Shown: piece by piece, positions 1 to 10,324 of the stretch
How positions within the stretch are numbered: position 1 is the first letter of the stretch
Layout of the letters: each line of letters starts with the position of its first letter
Assembly (NCBI GenBank): GCA_041687695.1
Contig: JAWLBL010000010.1
Location: 66,676-130,675 of the forward strand
Reading direction: 5' to 3'
Length of the DNA stretch: 64,000 nt
Source of the DNA: Myxococcota bacterium
GTDB taxonomy: Bacteria > Myxococcota_A > UBA9042 > PHBI01 > JAWLBL01
The notes under the pieces: model-generated
What the model was told of the DNA's origin: nothing
What the model saw: only the letters and a program-made list of their open reading frames with translations
Database searches by the model: none
Translations under genes and position numbers: made by a program

Positions 1-938
1 ACGAGGTGGCCGCGCTGGGGCGATCGTTCGACGAGATGACCCGGCGGCTGCGCGAGGGGCGCGACCTCGAGCGATCGATGCGCGAGCGGCTCGAGCACCT
101 CATCGCCGAGGTCCGCGAGGGCGCGACGCGGCTGGCGACCTCGACCAACCAGATCGTGGCGTCGACCAACCAGCAGGCGTCCAGCGCGCAGGAGCAGGCG
201 GGTGCCATCAGCGAGACCGTGGCCGTGGTCGAGGAGCTGGCCGCCATGAGCGACGAGGCGGCGCGCTCGGCGCGGCAGGCGGCGGAGACGGCGCGGCAGT
301 CCGACGACGTGGGGCGGCGGGGGCGCGCGGCGGTCGAGGAGGCCGTGCGCATCATGGGGCAGGCCAAGGAGCAATCGGACTCCGTGGCCGAGAGCATCGT
401 GCGGCTGGCCGAGCAGACGCAGGCGGTCACCGAGATCATCGCGCTGGTCGACGACATCTCGGACCAGACGAACATGCTGGCTTTGAACGCGGCCATCGAG
501 GCGTCGCGCGCGGGCGAGCACGGGCGCGGGTTCTCGGTGGTGGCGACCGAGGTGCGGTCGCTCGCCGAGCGGGCCAAGGCGGCGACGGTCGAGATCCGGC
601 GCAACCTGGGCGACATCCAGAGCATGGCGTCCAGCTCGGTGCTGTCGATGGAGCAGTACGCGCGGGCGATGAAGGACGCGACGCGGTCGGCCGAGGAGAG
701 CGGGGCGACCATCCTGCGTCTGGCGCAGTCCATCGGCGAGATGGCCGAGGTGAGCAGCACCATCTCGGGGTCGACCAGCCAGCAGGCCGAGGGGCTGGCG
801 CAGATTAGTGGGGCGATGAAGGACGTCAAGACGGGCACCGACCAGACGGTCAAGGCGGTCTGGCAGAGCGAGCAGGCGCTCAAGGATCTCAACGGGCTGG
901 CGATTCGGCTGACCGAGCTGCTCGACGCGCGGTCCTGA
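1..938 (+). CDS. Methyl-accepting chemotaxis protein, C-terminal part (5' end outside the window)
   Basis: End of a HAMP domain followed by the MCP signalling hairpin '[37 protein letters not shown]'. Confidence 0.95.
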   Translation, partial: EVAALGRSFDEMTRRLREGRDLERSMRERLEHLIAEVREGATRLATSTNQIVASTNQQASSAQEQAGAISETVAVVEELAAMSDEAARSARQAAETARQSDDVGRRGRAAVEEAVRIMGQAKEQSDSVAESIVRLAEQTQAVTEIIALVDDISDQTNMLALNAAIEASRAGEHGRGFSVVATEVRSLAERAKAATVEIRRNLGDIQSMASSSVLSMEQYARAMKDATRSAEESGATILRLAQSIGEMAEVSSTISGSTSQQAEGLAQISGAMKDVKTGTDQTVKAVWQSEQALKDLNGLAIRLTELLDARS

Positions 939-951
939 GGAGAGGCGCCGG

Positions 952-3201
952 ATGGATCGCGACCGCTTGCTCGAGCGCCTGGTCGCCGCGTTCGCGGGCG
1001 AGCTCGAGGACCACGTCCGGGTCCTCAACGAGGATCTGCTGGCGCTCGAGAAGGAGCGGGACCCGGCGGAGCGCAAGGCCCTGCTCGACGACCTGTTCCG
1101 CACGGCGCACAGCGTCAAGGGGTCGTCGCGGGCGGCGAGCATCGCGCCCATCGAGGCGGCGAGCAGCCGCATGGAGGAGCTGCTGTCGGCGCTGCGCGAG
1201 GGGCGGCGCGAGCTCGACGCGCCGACGCTGGATCTGTTCTTCGAGGTGACCGACGCGCTGGAGGAGGCGGCCGGGAGGCTGCGCGAGCGGCAGGGGTTCG
1301 AGGGCGCGCCCATCGAGGTCGTGGCGGAGCGGCTCGAGGCCGCGGCCGGTGGGCGGCGGCCGAGCGTCGAGCGTCCGGCGCTGCCGACCGGCGTGGCGGT
1401 CGAGGGGCGGGGCGCGACCGTGCGGACGTCGACCGAGCGCCTGGACCGCCTGATGAACCTGACGGGTGAGCTGATCGTCGCGCGCGACCAGGGGCAGCGC
1501 GTGGTCGCGACGCTGCGGGACATCGAGGCGCACCTGTCTCGGTGGCGCGCCGACTGGCGCGTGCTCGAGCGCGTGATGGGCCCGGTCGTCGACGCCGTGC
1601 GGGACGGCGGGGAGGGCGGCGGTCGTTCGGACGTGGGGCGGCGCTTCGAGGTGGCGCTGGGCCGGCAGCAGGATCACTTCCGGCGGATGCAGGCCGAGCT
1701 GGATCGCCTGCGCGCGGAGGTGCTCGCGGACCGGCGGCAGCTGACGCACGCCATCGACCCGCTGGCCGACGAGGTGCGGACGCTGCGGCTGATGCCGTTC
1801 GTCGAGGCGACGAGCGGGCTGGACCGGACGGCGCGGGACCTGGCGCGCGGCCTGGACAAGGAGGTCGAGGTGGTCGTCGCGGGCGGCGACGTCGAGATGG
1901 ACCGGGCGGTGGTGCAGGCCTTGCGGGTGCCGCTGCTGCAGCTGGTGCGCAACGCGGTGGACCACGGCGTCGAGGGGCCCGAGGCGCGGCAGGAGGCCGG
2001 CAAGGTGCCGCAGGGGCGGGTGCGCGTCGCGGCGCGGCTGTCGGGGCCCGAGGTCTGGATCACCGTCGAGGACGACGGGCGCGGGCTGGACCACGAGGCG
2101 ATCCGCGCGCGAGCGGCCGCGCTGGGATGGGACGTGCCGGACGACGAGGCGGCCCTGGCGCAGCTCATCTTCCGGCCCGGGTTCTCGACCGCGCGCCTCA
2201 TCACCGACATCAGCGGGCGCGGCGTCGGGCTGGACGTCGTGCGGCAGGCCGTCGAGGCGATGCAGGGCGGCTTGCAGGTCGCGTCGCGGCCGGGGCAGGG
2301 GACGCGCTTCGACCTCACCGTGCCGCTCACCCTGCTGACGCTGCGCGCCCTGCTGGTCGAGGTCGGCGGGGACGTCTATGCCCTGCCGGCCAGCCACTTG
2401 CGGCGGTTGGTCTCGGCGCGGCGGGAGGCCTTGGTGTCGATCCAGGGGCGCGAGGCCCTGCGCGCGACCGGAGACGACGACGCCCCCACCCCCGTGGTGT
2501 CGCTCGCGGCGCTGTTGGACGTGCCGGCGGCGGCGCGGGCGGGGGAGCGGGCGATGCCGGTCGTGGTGGTGGGCCACGGGAGCCGGCGGGTCGGGTTGGC
2601 CGTCGACGCCCTGCTGCGCGAGGACGAGATCCTGGTCAAGCACCTGGGGCCCCGGCTGGAGAAGCTACGGCACTTCAGCGGGGCGACGCTGTTGCCCAGC
2701 GGGCGGCTCGCCCTCATCCTGCACGTGCCCAGCCTGGTGGCGGCGGCAACGACCGGGCCGCCCCGGCGTGCCATGGCCGAGACATGGGCCGAGGCGGCGT
2801 CTACCGGCGCCCGGCGGGTGCTGCTGGTCGACGACTCGGTGACCACCCGCGCGCTCGAGCGCAGCATCCTCGAAGCGGCCGGCTACGAGGTCACCGTCGC
2901 GGTCGACGGTGTGGACGCCTGGGACAAGCTCGAGGCCCAGGGGGCCGACATCCTGGTCGCCGACGTCGAGATGCCGCGGATGGACGGGTTCGCGCTGACC
3001 GAGGCCGTGCGGTCCTCGGCGCGCTTTTCGGACCTGCCGGTGGTCCTCGTCACGGCGCGCGAGACCGATCGCGACAAGGCGCGCGGGCTCGAGGTCGGGG
3101 CGAACGCGTACCTCGTCAAGAGCACGTTCGATCAACACAACCTGCTCGAGACGGTCGAGCAGCTCGTCGGGGCGGCCCGCCGCGGGCCGGGAGGCGCCTG
3201 A
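952..3201 (+). CDS. cheA: Hybrid CheA histidine kinase (Hpt, dimerisation, HATPase, CheW, REC)
   Basis: Hpt 'FRTAHSVKG', N-box 'LVRNAVDHG', G boxes 'DDGRG' and 'GRGVGLDVV', C-terminal receiver 'LLVDDS...DVEMPRMDG'. Confidence 0.95.
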   Translation: MDRDRLLERLVAAFAGELEDHVRVLNEDLLALEKERDPAERKALLDDLFRTAHSVKGSSRAASIAPIEAASSRMEELLSALREGRRELDAPTLDLFFEVTDALEEAAGRLRERQGFEGAPIEVVAERLEAAAGGRRPSVERPALPTGVAVEGRGATVRTSTERLDRLMNLTGELIVARDQGQRVVATLRDIEAHLSRWRADWRVLERVMGPVVDAVRDGGEGGGRSDVGRRFEVALGRQQDHFRRMQAELDRLRAEVLADRRQLTHAIDPLADEVRTLRLMPFVEATSGLDRTARDLARGLDKEVEVVVAGGDVEMDRAVVQALRVPLLQLVRNAVDHGVEGPEARQEAGKVPQGRVRVAARLSGPEVWITVEDDGRGLDHEAIRARAAALGWDVPDDEAALAQLIFRPGFSTARLITDISGRGVGLDVVRQAVEAMQGGLQVASRPGQGTRFDLTVPLTLLTLRALLVEVGGDVYALPASHLRRLVSARREALVSIQGREALRATGDDDAPTPVVSLAALLDVPAAARAGERAMPVVVVGHGSRRVGLAVDALLREDEILVKHLGPRLEKLRHFSGATLLPSGRLALILHVPSLVAAATTGPPRRAMAETWAEAASTGARRVLLVDDSVTTRALERSILEAAGYEVTVAVDGVDAWDKLEAQGADILVADVEMPRMDGFALTEAVRSSARFSDLPVVLVTARETDRDKARGLEVGANAYLVKSTFDQHNLLETVEQLVGAARRGPGGA

Positions 3202-4247
3202 TGATCCGCGTCCTGGTGGCCGAGGACCTGCCGACCGCGCGCGCGCTGGTCGTCGAGATCCTGCGCGCCGATCCCGACATCGAGGTGGTCGGCGAGGCGA
3301 CCAACGGGGCCGAGGCGGTCGCCATGGCGCGCCGGCTCCGGCCCGACCTCGTCACCATGGACATCCTGATGCCCGAGATGGACGGCTTCGAGGCGACGCG
3401 CCGGCTGATGGCCGAGATGCCGGTGCCCATCGTCATCGTCTCGAGCCTGAACGTGGGCGAGGTGACCTTCTCGATGCAGGCGCTCAAGGTCGGCGCGCTG
3501 GCGGCGCTGCCCAAGCCGCGCGGCCCCGGCTCACCGGGCTTCGCCGAGGACGCGCGGCGCCTGGTCGCGACGGTCAAGGCGATGGCGCGCGTCGCCGTCC
3601 TGCGACGTCCCGCTGCGACGGCGCAGGCCCCGACGCCAGCGCGTCGACCCACCTCCCCGGAGCTGCCCGTCACCCGCTCGTTCCCGCGCTCGCGCGTCGT
3701 CGCCATGGCCGCCTCGACCGGCGGCCCCGCGGCCTTCTCGACCATCCTGTCGGACCTGCCGGGCGACTTCCGCGCGCCGATCCTGCTGGTCCAGCACGTG
3801 GCCCACGGCTTCGCCGAGGGGTTCGCGCGCTGGCTCGACGGCGCCTCGCCGCTGCAGGTCAAGGTCGCCGAGCCCGGCGAGCCGCTGATGGCCGGGGTCG
3901 TCTATGTGGCGCCCGACGGCACGCACCTCGGCGTCGCGCGCGGCCGCGCGGCGGTCGAGCTGTCGAACGAGCCGCCCATCGGCGGCTTCCGGCCGTCCGC
4001 GAACCACCTGTTCCGGTCGGTGGCCGCCTCGTTCGGACCGTTCGTGACGGCGGTGATCCTCAGCGGCATGGGGCGCGACGGGGCCGACGGGCTGGTCGAG
4101 GTCGCGCGGGCCGGCGGGCGGGTCATCGCGCAGGACGAGGCCACGTCGGTGGTCTTCGGGATGCCCGGCGCCGCGCACGAGGCCGGCGTCGTGGACCTGA
4201 CCTTGCCCCTGGGCGGGGTCGCGGGCACTCTGCGGGGCGTCGTTTGA
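3201..4247 (+). CDS. cheB: Chemotaxis methylesterase CheB (REC plus methylesterase)
   Basis: ATG at 3201 overlaps the cheA stop; catalytic motifs 'AASTGGP', 'VQH' and 'SGMGRDG'. Confidence 0.95.
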   Translation: MIRVLVAEDLPTARALVVEILRADPDIEVVGEATNGAEAVAMARRLRPDLVTMDILMPEMDGFEATRRLMAEMPVPIVIVSSLNVGEVTFSMQALKVGALAALPKPRGPGSPGFAEDARRLVATVKAMARVAVLRRPAATAQAPTPARRPTSPELPVTRSFPRSRVVAMAASTGGPAAFSTILSDLPGDFRAPILLVQHVAHGFAEGFARWLDGASPLQVKVAEPGEPLMAGVVYVAPDGTHLGVARGRAAVELSNEPPIGGFRPSANHLFRSVAASFGPFVTAVILSGMGRDGADGLVEVARAGGRVIAQDEATSVVFGMPGAAHEAGVVDLTLPLGGVAGTLRGVV

Positions 4248-4251
4248 CCCG

Positions 4252-6294
4252 GTGCGCGGCGGGAGAGGGCGGGGGGCCCCGGCTCGCGAGCGCCCCGGAG
4301 GCCTCCGGAAGGAGCGTCGTCGCTTGAGCCCGCTAGCCGACCGCTCGCCCACCGGTGGGGCCGCGACCTGTCAGATCGACGAGGATGGCGTCGTGTCGCG
4401 TTGCACGGCGGGGTTCGCGCTGCGGCTCGGCATGCCGTACCACGCGGTCATCGGGCGGCGCCTCGGCGCGCTGCTCGACGCCGCGCTGGGGGTGTCTGGC
4501 TTCGAGGGGCGGCACACGTTCGGGGCGTCCGGCGTCCTGGACGATCCGGCGGCCGGCGTGCGCGTCGTGTTCGAACCGCTGGTGGCGGCGAACGGCGAGC
4601 CCGAGGGCGCGCTGTGCACCCTCGAGGCGCTGCCCGACGCGCCCGAGCTGGCGCTGGCGCTGCAGCGGCTCTTCGACGCGCAGCTGGTCGGCGCGGTGGT
4701 CTGGACGCGGCAGGGGCGGATCGTCGACGCCAACGACGCCTGGCTGCGGATGGTCGGCCTGTCGCGGGAGGCGCTAGCGACGCTGGACTGGTCCGCGGTC
4801 GTGCCGCCCGACGAGGAGGACACGCTGAGGGGGCTCGTCGCGGAGGCGCAGGCGGCGGGCTCGGCCGGGCCTGGACGCTTCACCCTGCTGCGAACCGATG
4901 GCCGGCGTGTGCCCGTGCTGTTCGCGATGATCGCGCTGCCCGAGCCGGACCGCTTCGTGACCTGCGTCGTGGACGCCGCGCCCTTCGTGCGCGTCGAGGA
5001 CGAGCGCGCGCGGCTGCTCGAGCGCGAGCAGGTCGCGCGCATGGAGGTCGAGGAGGCGCAGCGCAGCCTGGGCTTTCTGTATCAGACGACCAGCGCGCTG
5101 TTCGAGGAGGCGCGCGACCCGCGGCAGCTCCTCGAGCGGCTGGCGGAGCTGAGCGTGCCGCACCTGGCGGACTGGTGCCTCATCGACATCTTCGTAGGGG
5201 AGGCGGTCGAGTGCGTCGCGGCCGCCCATTGGGATCCCGAGCACGCCGCCACGGCGGCGGGGCTGTGCCGACGCTGGGAGCCGGACCCTGGCGCACGGGT
5301 CGGCGTGGCGCGCGCGGCCCGTGAAGGGCGGACGCAGCTCGGGTCGGCGGCGGACCTGGCCGCGGCCGAGGCGGAGACCGAAGACTGGCGGCAGCTGTTG
5401 CGGCTGCGCGCGCACTCGTGGATGCAGGTGCCCATCCGGCTTCACGGACAGACCACCGCGGTCGTGACGCTCGCCTTCGCCGAGTCGACGCGCGTCCACG
5501 GGCCCGAGGACGTGGCCCTGGCCGAGGATCTCGCCGCCCGCGCCGCCATCGCCCTCGACAACGCGCGCCTGTTCGCGGAGGTCGAGCGGGCCGTCCGCGC
5601 GCGCGAGGAGGCCCTGCACATCGTCTCGCACGATCTCAAGAACCCCATCGCGGTGCTGCTCCTCAAGGCGCAGCGGCTCCGGCGCGTCATGCCCGCCGGC
5701 GACGAGGGCGCGCGGGCGCGCACGCTGGTCGAGCAGCTCGAGCGCACCATCATGGGCATGAACCGGCTCATCGAGGGGCTGCTCGACCTCGCGCGCATGG
5801 AGGCCGGACGCCTCAAGCTCGACCGGCGCGTCGAGGCGCCGAGCGCGGTCGTCACGCGCGCCGTCGAGCCGCTGCAGTCCCTCGCGCACGACCGTGGGCA
5901 GCGCCTGGAGATCGCGGTCAGCGAGTCGTTGCCGCCCATCGACGCCGACCCCGACCGCCTGGCGCAGGTGCTGGCGAACCTGGTCGGCAACGCGCTCAAG
6001 TACACCCCCGAGGGCGGCCGCATCCGGGTCGAGGCGCAGGCCTCGCCGTCCGAGGTCTGCTTCACCGTCGCGGACACCGGCCCGGGCATCCCGGCCGAGC
6101 AGCTGCCGCATCTCTTCGAGCGCTTCTGGCAGGCGCGCGCCGCCGGCCGCACCGGCCACGGCCTGGGCCTGTCCATCGTGCAGGGTCTCGTCGAGGCGCA
6201 CGACGGGCGCGTCTGGGTCGACAGCCAGCCCGGCCAGGGCAGCCGCTTCCACTTCTCCATCCCCCGCGCGTCCACCGACGCGGACGGACGCTGA
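4252..6294 (+). CDS. Cytoplasmic PAS/GAF sensor histidine kinase (start uncertain)
   Basis: PAS 'GRIVDANDAW', GAF 'ADWCLID...EDLAARAAIALDNARL', H-box 'VSHDLKNP', 'NLVGNALKY', 'DTGPGI', 'GHGLGL'. Confidence 0.9.
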   Translation: MRGGRGRGAPARERPGGLRKERRRLSPLADRSPTGGAATCQIDEDGVVSRCTAGFALRLGMPYHAVIGRRLGALLDAALGVSGFEGRHTFGASGVLDDPAAGVRVVFEPLVAANGEPEGALCTLEALPDAPELALALQRLFDAQLVGAVVWTRQGRIVDANDAWLRMVGLSREALATLDWSAVVPPDEEDTLRGLVAEAQAAGSAGPGRFTLLRTDGRRVPVLFAMIALPEPDRFVTCVVDAAPFVRVEDERARLLEREQVARMEVEEAQRSLGFLYQTTSALFEEARDPRQLLERLAELSVPHLADWCLIDIFVGEAVECVAAAHWDPEHAATAAGLCRRWEPDPGARVGVARAAREGRTQLGSAADLAAAEAETEDWRQLLRLRAHSWMQVPIRLHGQTTAVVTLAFAESTRVHGPEDVALAEDLAARAAIALDNARLFAEVERAVRAREEALHIVSHDLKNPIAVLLLKAQRLRRVMPAGDEGARARTLVEQLERTIMGMNRLIEGLLDLARMEAGRLKLDRRVEAPSAVVTRAVEPLQSLAHDRGQRLEIAVSESLPPIDADPDRLAQVLANLVGNALKYTPEGGRIRVEAQASPSEVCFTVADTGPGIPAEQLPHLFERFWQARAAGRTGHGLGLSIVQGLVEAHDGRVWVDSQPGQGSRFHFSIPRASTDADGR

Positions 6295-6388
6295 TGGGGG
6301 CACCGCAACGCACGGCCCCTTGTCACGCGCCGGCCACATCTCGTTCAATGGCCGCCACGACCGACTCAGACGCGACGGGACGCCACCC

Positions 6389-7276
6389 ATGAACCATTGT
6401 CGCCCCCGGGGCTCGACCGCGATGCTCGCCGCCGCGCTGGCGGTGCTTGCGCTCACCGCCTGCGAGTCGTCCTCCACGCCCGAAGCCAGCACCGACGCCG
6501 CGCCCACCGCCGACGCGCCCACCGCCGACGCGTCGGCCGAGCTCCCCGACTTCTCGGGCGACCCCGACTCCCTGCCGCGCTTCGTCCACTACATCCGCGG
6601 CGACGTCTACCCGCGCCTCGTCCTCGAGCTCGACAAGGTCGACGGCCACGGCCCCGAGGACGGCGTCGAGGCCGATCTCACCGCCGGCCTGTCGCAGCTG
6701 CTCGACAAGCCCGCCGGCGTCGAGGTGGTCCACGACGGCCTCATCCCCTCCAAGGGGGCCGACCACGCCTGGACCTTCTCCGAGCTGTCCGCCCTCGCCA
6801 AGCAGACCTTCGATCTGGCCGTCCCCGACGACACCATCAAGATGCACATCGTCTTCCTCGACGGCCGCTACGCCGAAGACACCGACAGCTTCAAGATCCT
6901 CGGGCTCGCCTGGGCCTCGACCCACCTGGTCGTCTTCAAGGACACCATCGAGTCGCTCTGCCAGGGCGGCCTCGCCGGCCCCCTCTCCCAGACCCTGCGC
7001 GCCCGCCTGTGCGCCTCGACGGAGCTGGGCATCTGGACGCACGAGGTCGGCCACCTGCTGGGCCTGGTCGGCAACGGCCTGCCCCTGACGACCGATCACC
7101 AGGATCACGACCACGGCGCCCACGACACCGACGACGGCTGCATCATGTACTACGCCTACCAGGGCCAGGCCCTGGTCGACCTGTTCCGCACACGGCTGCT
7201 CGCAGGCGGCGAGCCCGACCTGGGGTTCGACGCCGCGTGCCTCGCCGACATCGCCGCCGTGCGCGACGCCCCCTGA
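6389..7276 (+). CDS. Lipoprotein zinc metalloprotease (metzincin-like)
   Basis: Lipobox 'LALTAC', zinc motif 'HEVGHLLGL', then 'HGAH...CIMY' Met-turn-like segment; start is 6389 or 6422. Confidence 0.75.
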   Translation: MNHCRPRGSTAMLAAALAVLALTACESSSTPEASTDAAPTADAPTADASAELPDFSGDPDSLPRFVHYIRGDVYPRLVLELDKVDGHGPEDGVEADLTAGLSQLLDKPAGVEVVHDGLIPSKGADHAWTFSELSALAKQTFDLAVPDDTIKMHIVFLDGRYAEDTDSFKILGLAWASTHLVVFKDTIESLCQGGLAGPLSQTLRARLCASTELGIWTHEVGHLLGLVGNGLPLTTDHQDHDHGAHDTDDGCIMYYAYQGQALVDLFRTRLLAGGEPDLGFDAACLADIAAVRDAP

Positions 7277-7317
7277 ACGTGTCGGCGCGCCGCGCGGGCG
7301 ACCAGGTCCCCGTCACC

Positions 7318-7497
7318 TCAGAAGCGCATGCCGTTCTTGGCGCGGAACATGAACCAGTCGTAGCCGAAGTACAGGCCGACCGCGATGACCGGCACGCCGA
7401 TCCACCCGCTGACGAACACCGTCGCCGCGACCCCGGCCGCCTCGGTCCCCAGGAACTTCAGCCGCTTGCCCTTCTCGATCTGCTGATTGCTCGCCAC
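7318..7497 (-). CDS. 59-aa small membrane protein absent from the ORF track
   Basis: GTG start after GGAGGAGG; MASNQQIEKGKRLKFLGTEAAGVAATVFVSGWIGVPVIAVGLYFGYDWFMFRAKNGMRF; high third-position GC; promoter-like TTGGCG-N17-TATAGC upstream. Confidence 0.8.
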   Translation of the reverse strand: MASNQQIEKGKRLKFLGTEAAGVAATVFVSGWIGVPVIAVGLYFGYDWFMFRAKNGMRF

Positions 7498-7526
7498 GCG
7501 TCCCTCCTCCGATTTCAGCGGCCACC

Positions 7527-7555
7527 GCTATAGCTTCGCCGGGCCCTGACGCCAA
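7527..7555 (-). promoter_or_regulatory. Putative sigma70 promoter of the small ORF
   Basis: TTGGCG-N17-TATAGC on the minus strand. Confidence 0.5.
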
Positions 7556-7624
7556 GTTCCTGCCGCCCTGCCGCGACAGTCCTCGTCATGGTGACCGCGC
7601 GCCCCCCTGTGCTACCTCCGACGC

Positions 7625-9721
7625 ATGCCCCCCAGCTTCCTCCAGGACCTCGCCGTCGTCCTCGGCGCGGCCGCCCTCATCGCCCTCGTCTGCCAGCGGC
7701 TGCGCCTGCCGCTCGTGGTCGGCTACCTCCTGGCGGGGATGATCATCGGCCCGAACGTCCCCATCCCGCTGGTGGCCGACCAGGGGACGGTCAACACGCT
7801 CAGCCAGCTCGGCGTCATCCTGCTCATGTTCTCGCTGGGTCTCAACTTCAGCCTGCGGCAGCTCCTGCGCCTGATGCCGACGATGGGCATCGTCTCGCTG
7901 ATGTCGGTCTCGCTGCTCATCTGGTTGGGCTTTTTGGTCGGCCGCGCCCTCGGCTGGACCGTGCAGGAGAGCCTGTTCGCAGGCGTCATCGTCGCGCTGT
8001 CCAGCGACATCATCGTCATCAAGGCCCTCGGCGAGGAGCGCATCCCGGCCGCCGCCGCCGAGCTGGCCTACGCCGAGCTGGTCATCGAGGACCTCATCGC
8101 CATCGTCCTCATCGCGGTCATGACCGCCATCGCCTCGGGCCACACGGTCTCGGCCGACACCCTCGTGTCCACCATGGCCCAGCTCCTGGCCTTCCTGGTC
8201 CTGTCGGTCTTCGGCGGCCTGCTCATCGTCCCGCGCATGATCCGAGGCGTCATCCGCCTCGCCCGACCCGAGGTCACCGTCCTCGCCTGCGTCGCCGTGT
8301 GCTTCGCGCTGGCGCTGCTGGCCCAGGCCGTCGGCTACTCGGTCGCGCTGGGGGCCTTCATCGGGGGCATGCTCATCGGCGAGTCCGGCGCCGGGCCCCA
8401 CATCGAGCTGCTGGTCCGCCCGCTGCGTGACGTCTTCGGCGCCGTCTTCTTCGTCTCCGTGGGCATGCTCATCGACCCGGCCCTGCTGGCCGAGCACTGG
8501 GCCGCGGTCCTGTCGCTGACCCTGCTCGTGCTCGTGGGCAAACCGTTCGGCGTCTTCTTCGGCTCGTTCCTCATGGGCAACGGCGCCCGCTCCTCGCTCA
8601 TCGCCGGCCTGACCGTCGCGCAGATCGGCGAGTTCTCCTACATCCTCGCCAGCGTCGGCCTCGCCTGGGGCGCCACCGGCGACCACGTCTACCCCATCGC
8701 CGTCGCCGTCTCGGTCATCACCGCCCTGACGACCCCGTACTACATCCGGGCGTCCGGCGCGGTCGCCACCTTCCTCGGCGGCCGCGTCCCCCAGCCGCTG
8801 CAGACCTTCGCCACGCTCTACGGCTCCTGGATCGAGCGCCTCCGCCAGAGCCCCCACCCCCGCTCCACCCGCGCCTCCATGCGCCGCCTGCTCAGCCGCA
8901 TGGGGCTCGACGCGGTCGTCCTCGCCGCCATCCTCATCGGCACCTCCCTCGGCATGGACTCCCTGCGGGCCTTCCTGGGCCTCGAGCTGGGCCTGTCCTA
9001 CGGCGTCGCCACCACGTCCATCGTCCTCGCCGCCGCCCTCGTCTCGGTCCCGTTCGTCGTCGGCCTCGTCCGCATCACCGGCCCCCTCAGCGCCCTCATC
9101 GCCGGCGAGGTCCTCCCCGCCGCCCGCGAGGGGCAGCTCGACCTCGCCGACGCCCCCCGCCGCGCCCTGGTCATCACCCTGCGGCTCACCATGCTGCTCC
9201 TCGTCGGCCTGCCGCTCATCGCCATCACGCAGCCCTTCCTGCCGCGCCTGCCCGTCGCGGTCCTCCTCGTCGGCGCCCTCACCCTGGTGGGCGTCGTCTT
9301 CTGGCGTCGCGCCACCAACCTCCAGGGCCACGTCCGCGCGGGCGCCCAGGTCATCATCGAGGCGCTCGCGACGCCGGACCTGTCGCGTCCGCAGGCGCCC
9401 ATGCACACCACCCCTGCCAGCCCGCTCGAGCAGGTCCAGGCGCTGCTGCCGGGCATCGGCAACCTCGCCGCCGTCACCCTGGTCGCGCACAGCCCCGCCG
9501 TGGGCCGCACCATGCGCGAGCTGAACCTGCAGACGCTGACCGGCGTCACCGTCCTGGCCATCCTGCGCGGCCGGGCGGGCCTGGTCCCCACCGGCAACGA
9601 GCCCCTCGAGGCCGGGGACGTGCTCGCCCTCACCGGCCCCGAGGACGCCGTCGAGGCGGCCCGGGCGCTGCTGCACGCCGACGAGCCGTCGATCCCCGAG
9701 CCCTCGACGTCCCAGCGGTGA
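7625..9721 (+). CDS. CPA2 cation:proton antiporter (Kef-like) with C-terminal TrkA-C domain
   Basis: Many transmembrane segments, 'LVIEDL', 'ALGAFIGG', 'FFVSVGM', 'QIGEFS'; C-terminal 'SPAVGRTMRELNL...LEAGDVL'. Confidence 0.9.
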   Translation: MPPSFLQDLAVVLGAAALIALVCQRLRLPLVVGYLLAGMIIGPNVPIPLVADQGTVNTLSQLGVILLMFSLGLNFSLRQLLRLMPTMGIVSLMSVSLLIWLGFLVGRALGWTVQESLFAGVIVALSSDIIVIKALGEERIPAAAAELAYAELVIEDLIAIVLIAVMTAIASGHTVSADTLVSTMAQLLAFLVLSVFGGLLIVPRMIRGVIRLARPEVTVLACVAVCFALALLAQAVGYSVALGAFIGGMLIGESGAGPHIELLVRPLRDVFGAVFFVSVGMLIDPALLAEHWAAVLSLTLLVLVGKPFGVFFGSFLMGNGARSSLIAGLTVAQIGEFSYILASVGLAWGATGDHVYPIAVAVSVITALTTPYYIRASGAVATFLGGRVPQPLQTFATLYGSWIERLRQSPHPRSTRASMRRLLSRMGLDAVVLAAILIGTSLGMDSLRAFLGLELGLSYGVATTSIVLAAALVSVPFVVGLVRITGPLSALIAGEVLPAAREGQLDLADAPRRALVITLRLTMLLLVGLPLIAITQPFLPRLPVAVLLVGALTLVGVVFWRRATNLQGHVRAGAQVIIEALATPDLSRPQAPMHTTPASPLEQVQALLPGIGNLAAVTLVAHSPAVGRTMRELNLQTLTGVTVLAILRGRAGLVPTGNEPLEAGDVLALTGPEDAVEAARALLHADEPSIPEPSTSQR

Positions 9722-9926
9722 GCGCGCGGGAACCCTGCTCGGGCCCCGCGTGTTGATCCCAGCGCCACCCCCTCATCGCCCCTGTCCCCTCGCCAGCCCC
9801 GCGCCCGGCCTCCGACACCCGACGTCTGGCCCAACGGCGTGTGGCATGCGTTAATCATCGAGCGCCGGCTCCTCGCCCCGCACCGGCCGGCGCGACCGGG
9901 TCCCCACCCGCCGCAGGAGAACCGAC

Positions 9927-10316
9927 ATGAGCTTCGAGCTGACGCGCGTGTCCCAGGCGCTCGCCCACTGGATCGAGGCGCTCAACAGCCGCGGTGACGA
10001 CGCCATCACCCAGCGCGCCCTCACCGACGACGTCGCCCTGACCCGCCACTCGGGCCTGCAGAAGGGCGTCACCGAGCGCTTCGAGGGCGTCGACGCCGCC
10101 GCCCGCTGGCTGCGCCGCAGCCCGCCCGACACCCTCTTCTCCGTCGTCGGCACCCCCGAGATCCTCTCGGCGCCCGGTCGCATGCCCATCGAGGCCGAGG
10201 CGCGCTACCGCGTCCAGGTCGGCGAGTTCGTCAACCAGGGCACGTGGCGCGTGACGCTGGCCGAGGACGGGCGCATCGCCGCCCTCGAGCACATGCCGGA
10301 CTTCCTGGCCACCTGA
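9927..10316 (+). CDS. Small hypothetical protein, possibly NTF2/SnoaL-like fold
   Basis: AGGAG ribosome-binding site; helix followed by beta strands ending 'LAEDGRIAALEH'. Confidence 0.6.
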   Translation: MSFELTRVSQALAHWIEALNSRGDDAITQRALTDDVALTRHSGLQKGVTERFEGVDAAARWLRRSPPDTLFSVVGTPEILSAPGRMPIEAEARYRVQVGEFVNQGTWRVTLAEDGRIAALEHMPDFLAT

Positions 10317-10324
10317 GGCGACCC

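Noticed and set aside
1542..3200. Long N-terminal extension of CheB (901-aa ORF)
   Set aside because: Arg/Gly-rich alternate frame of cheA; the real start is the ATG at 3201
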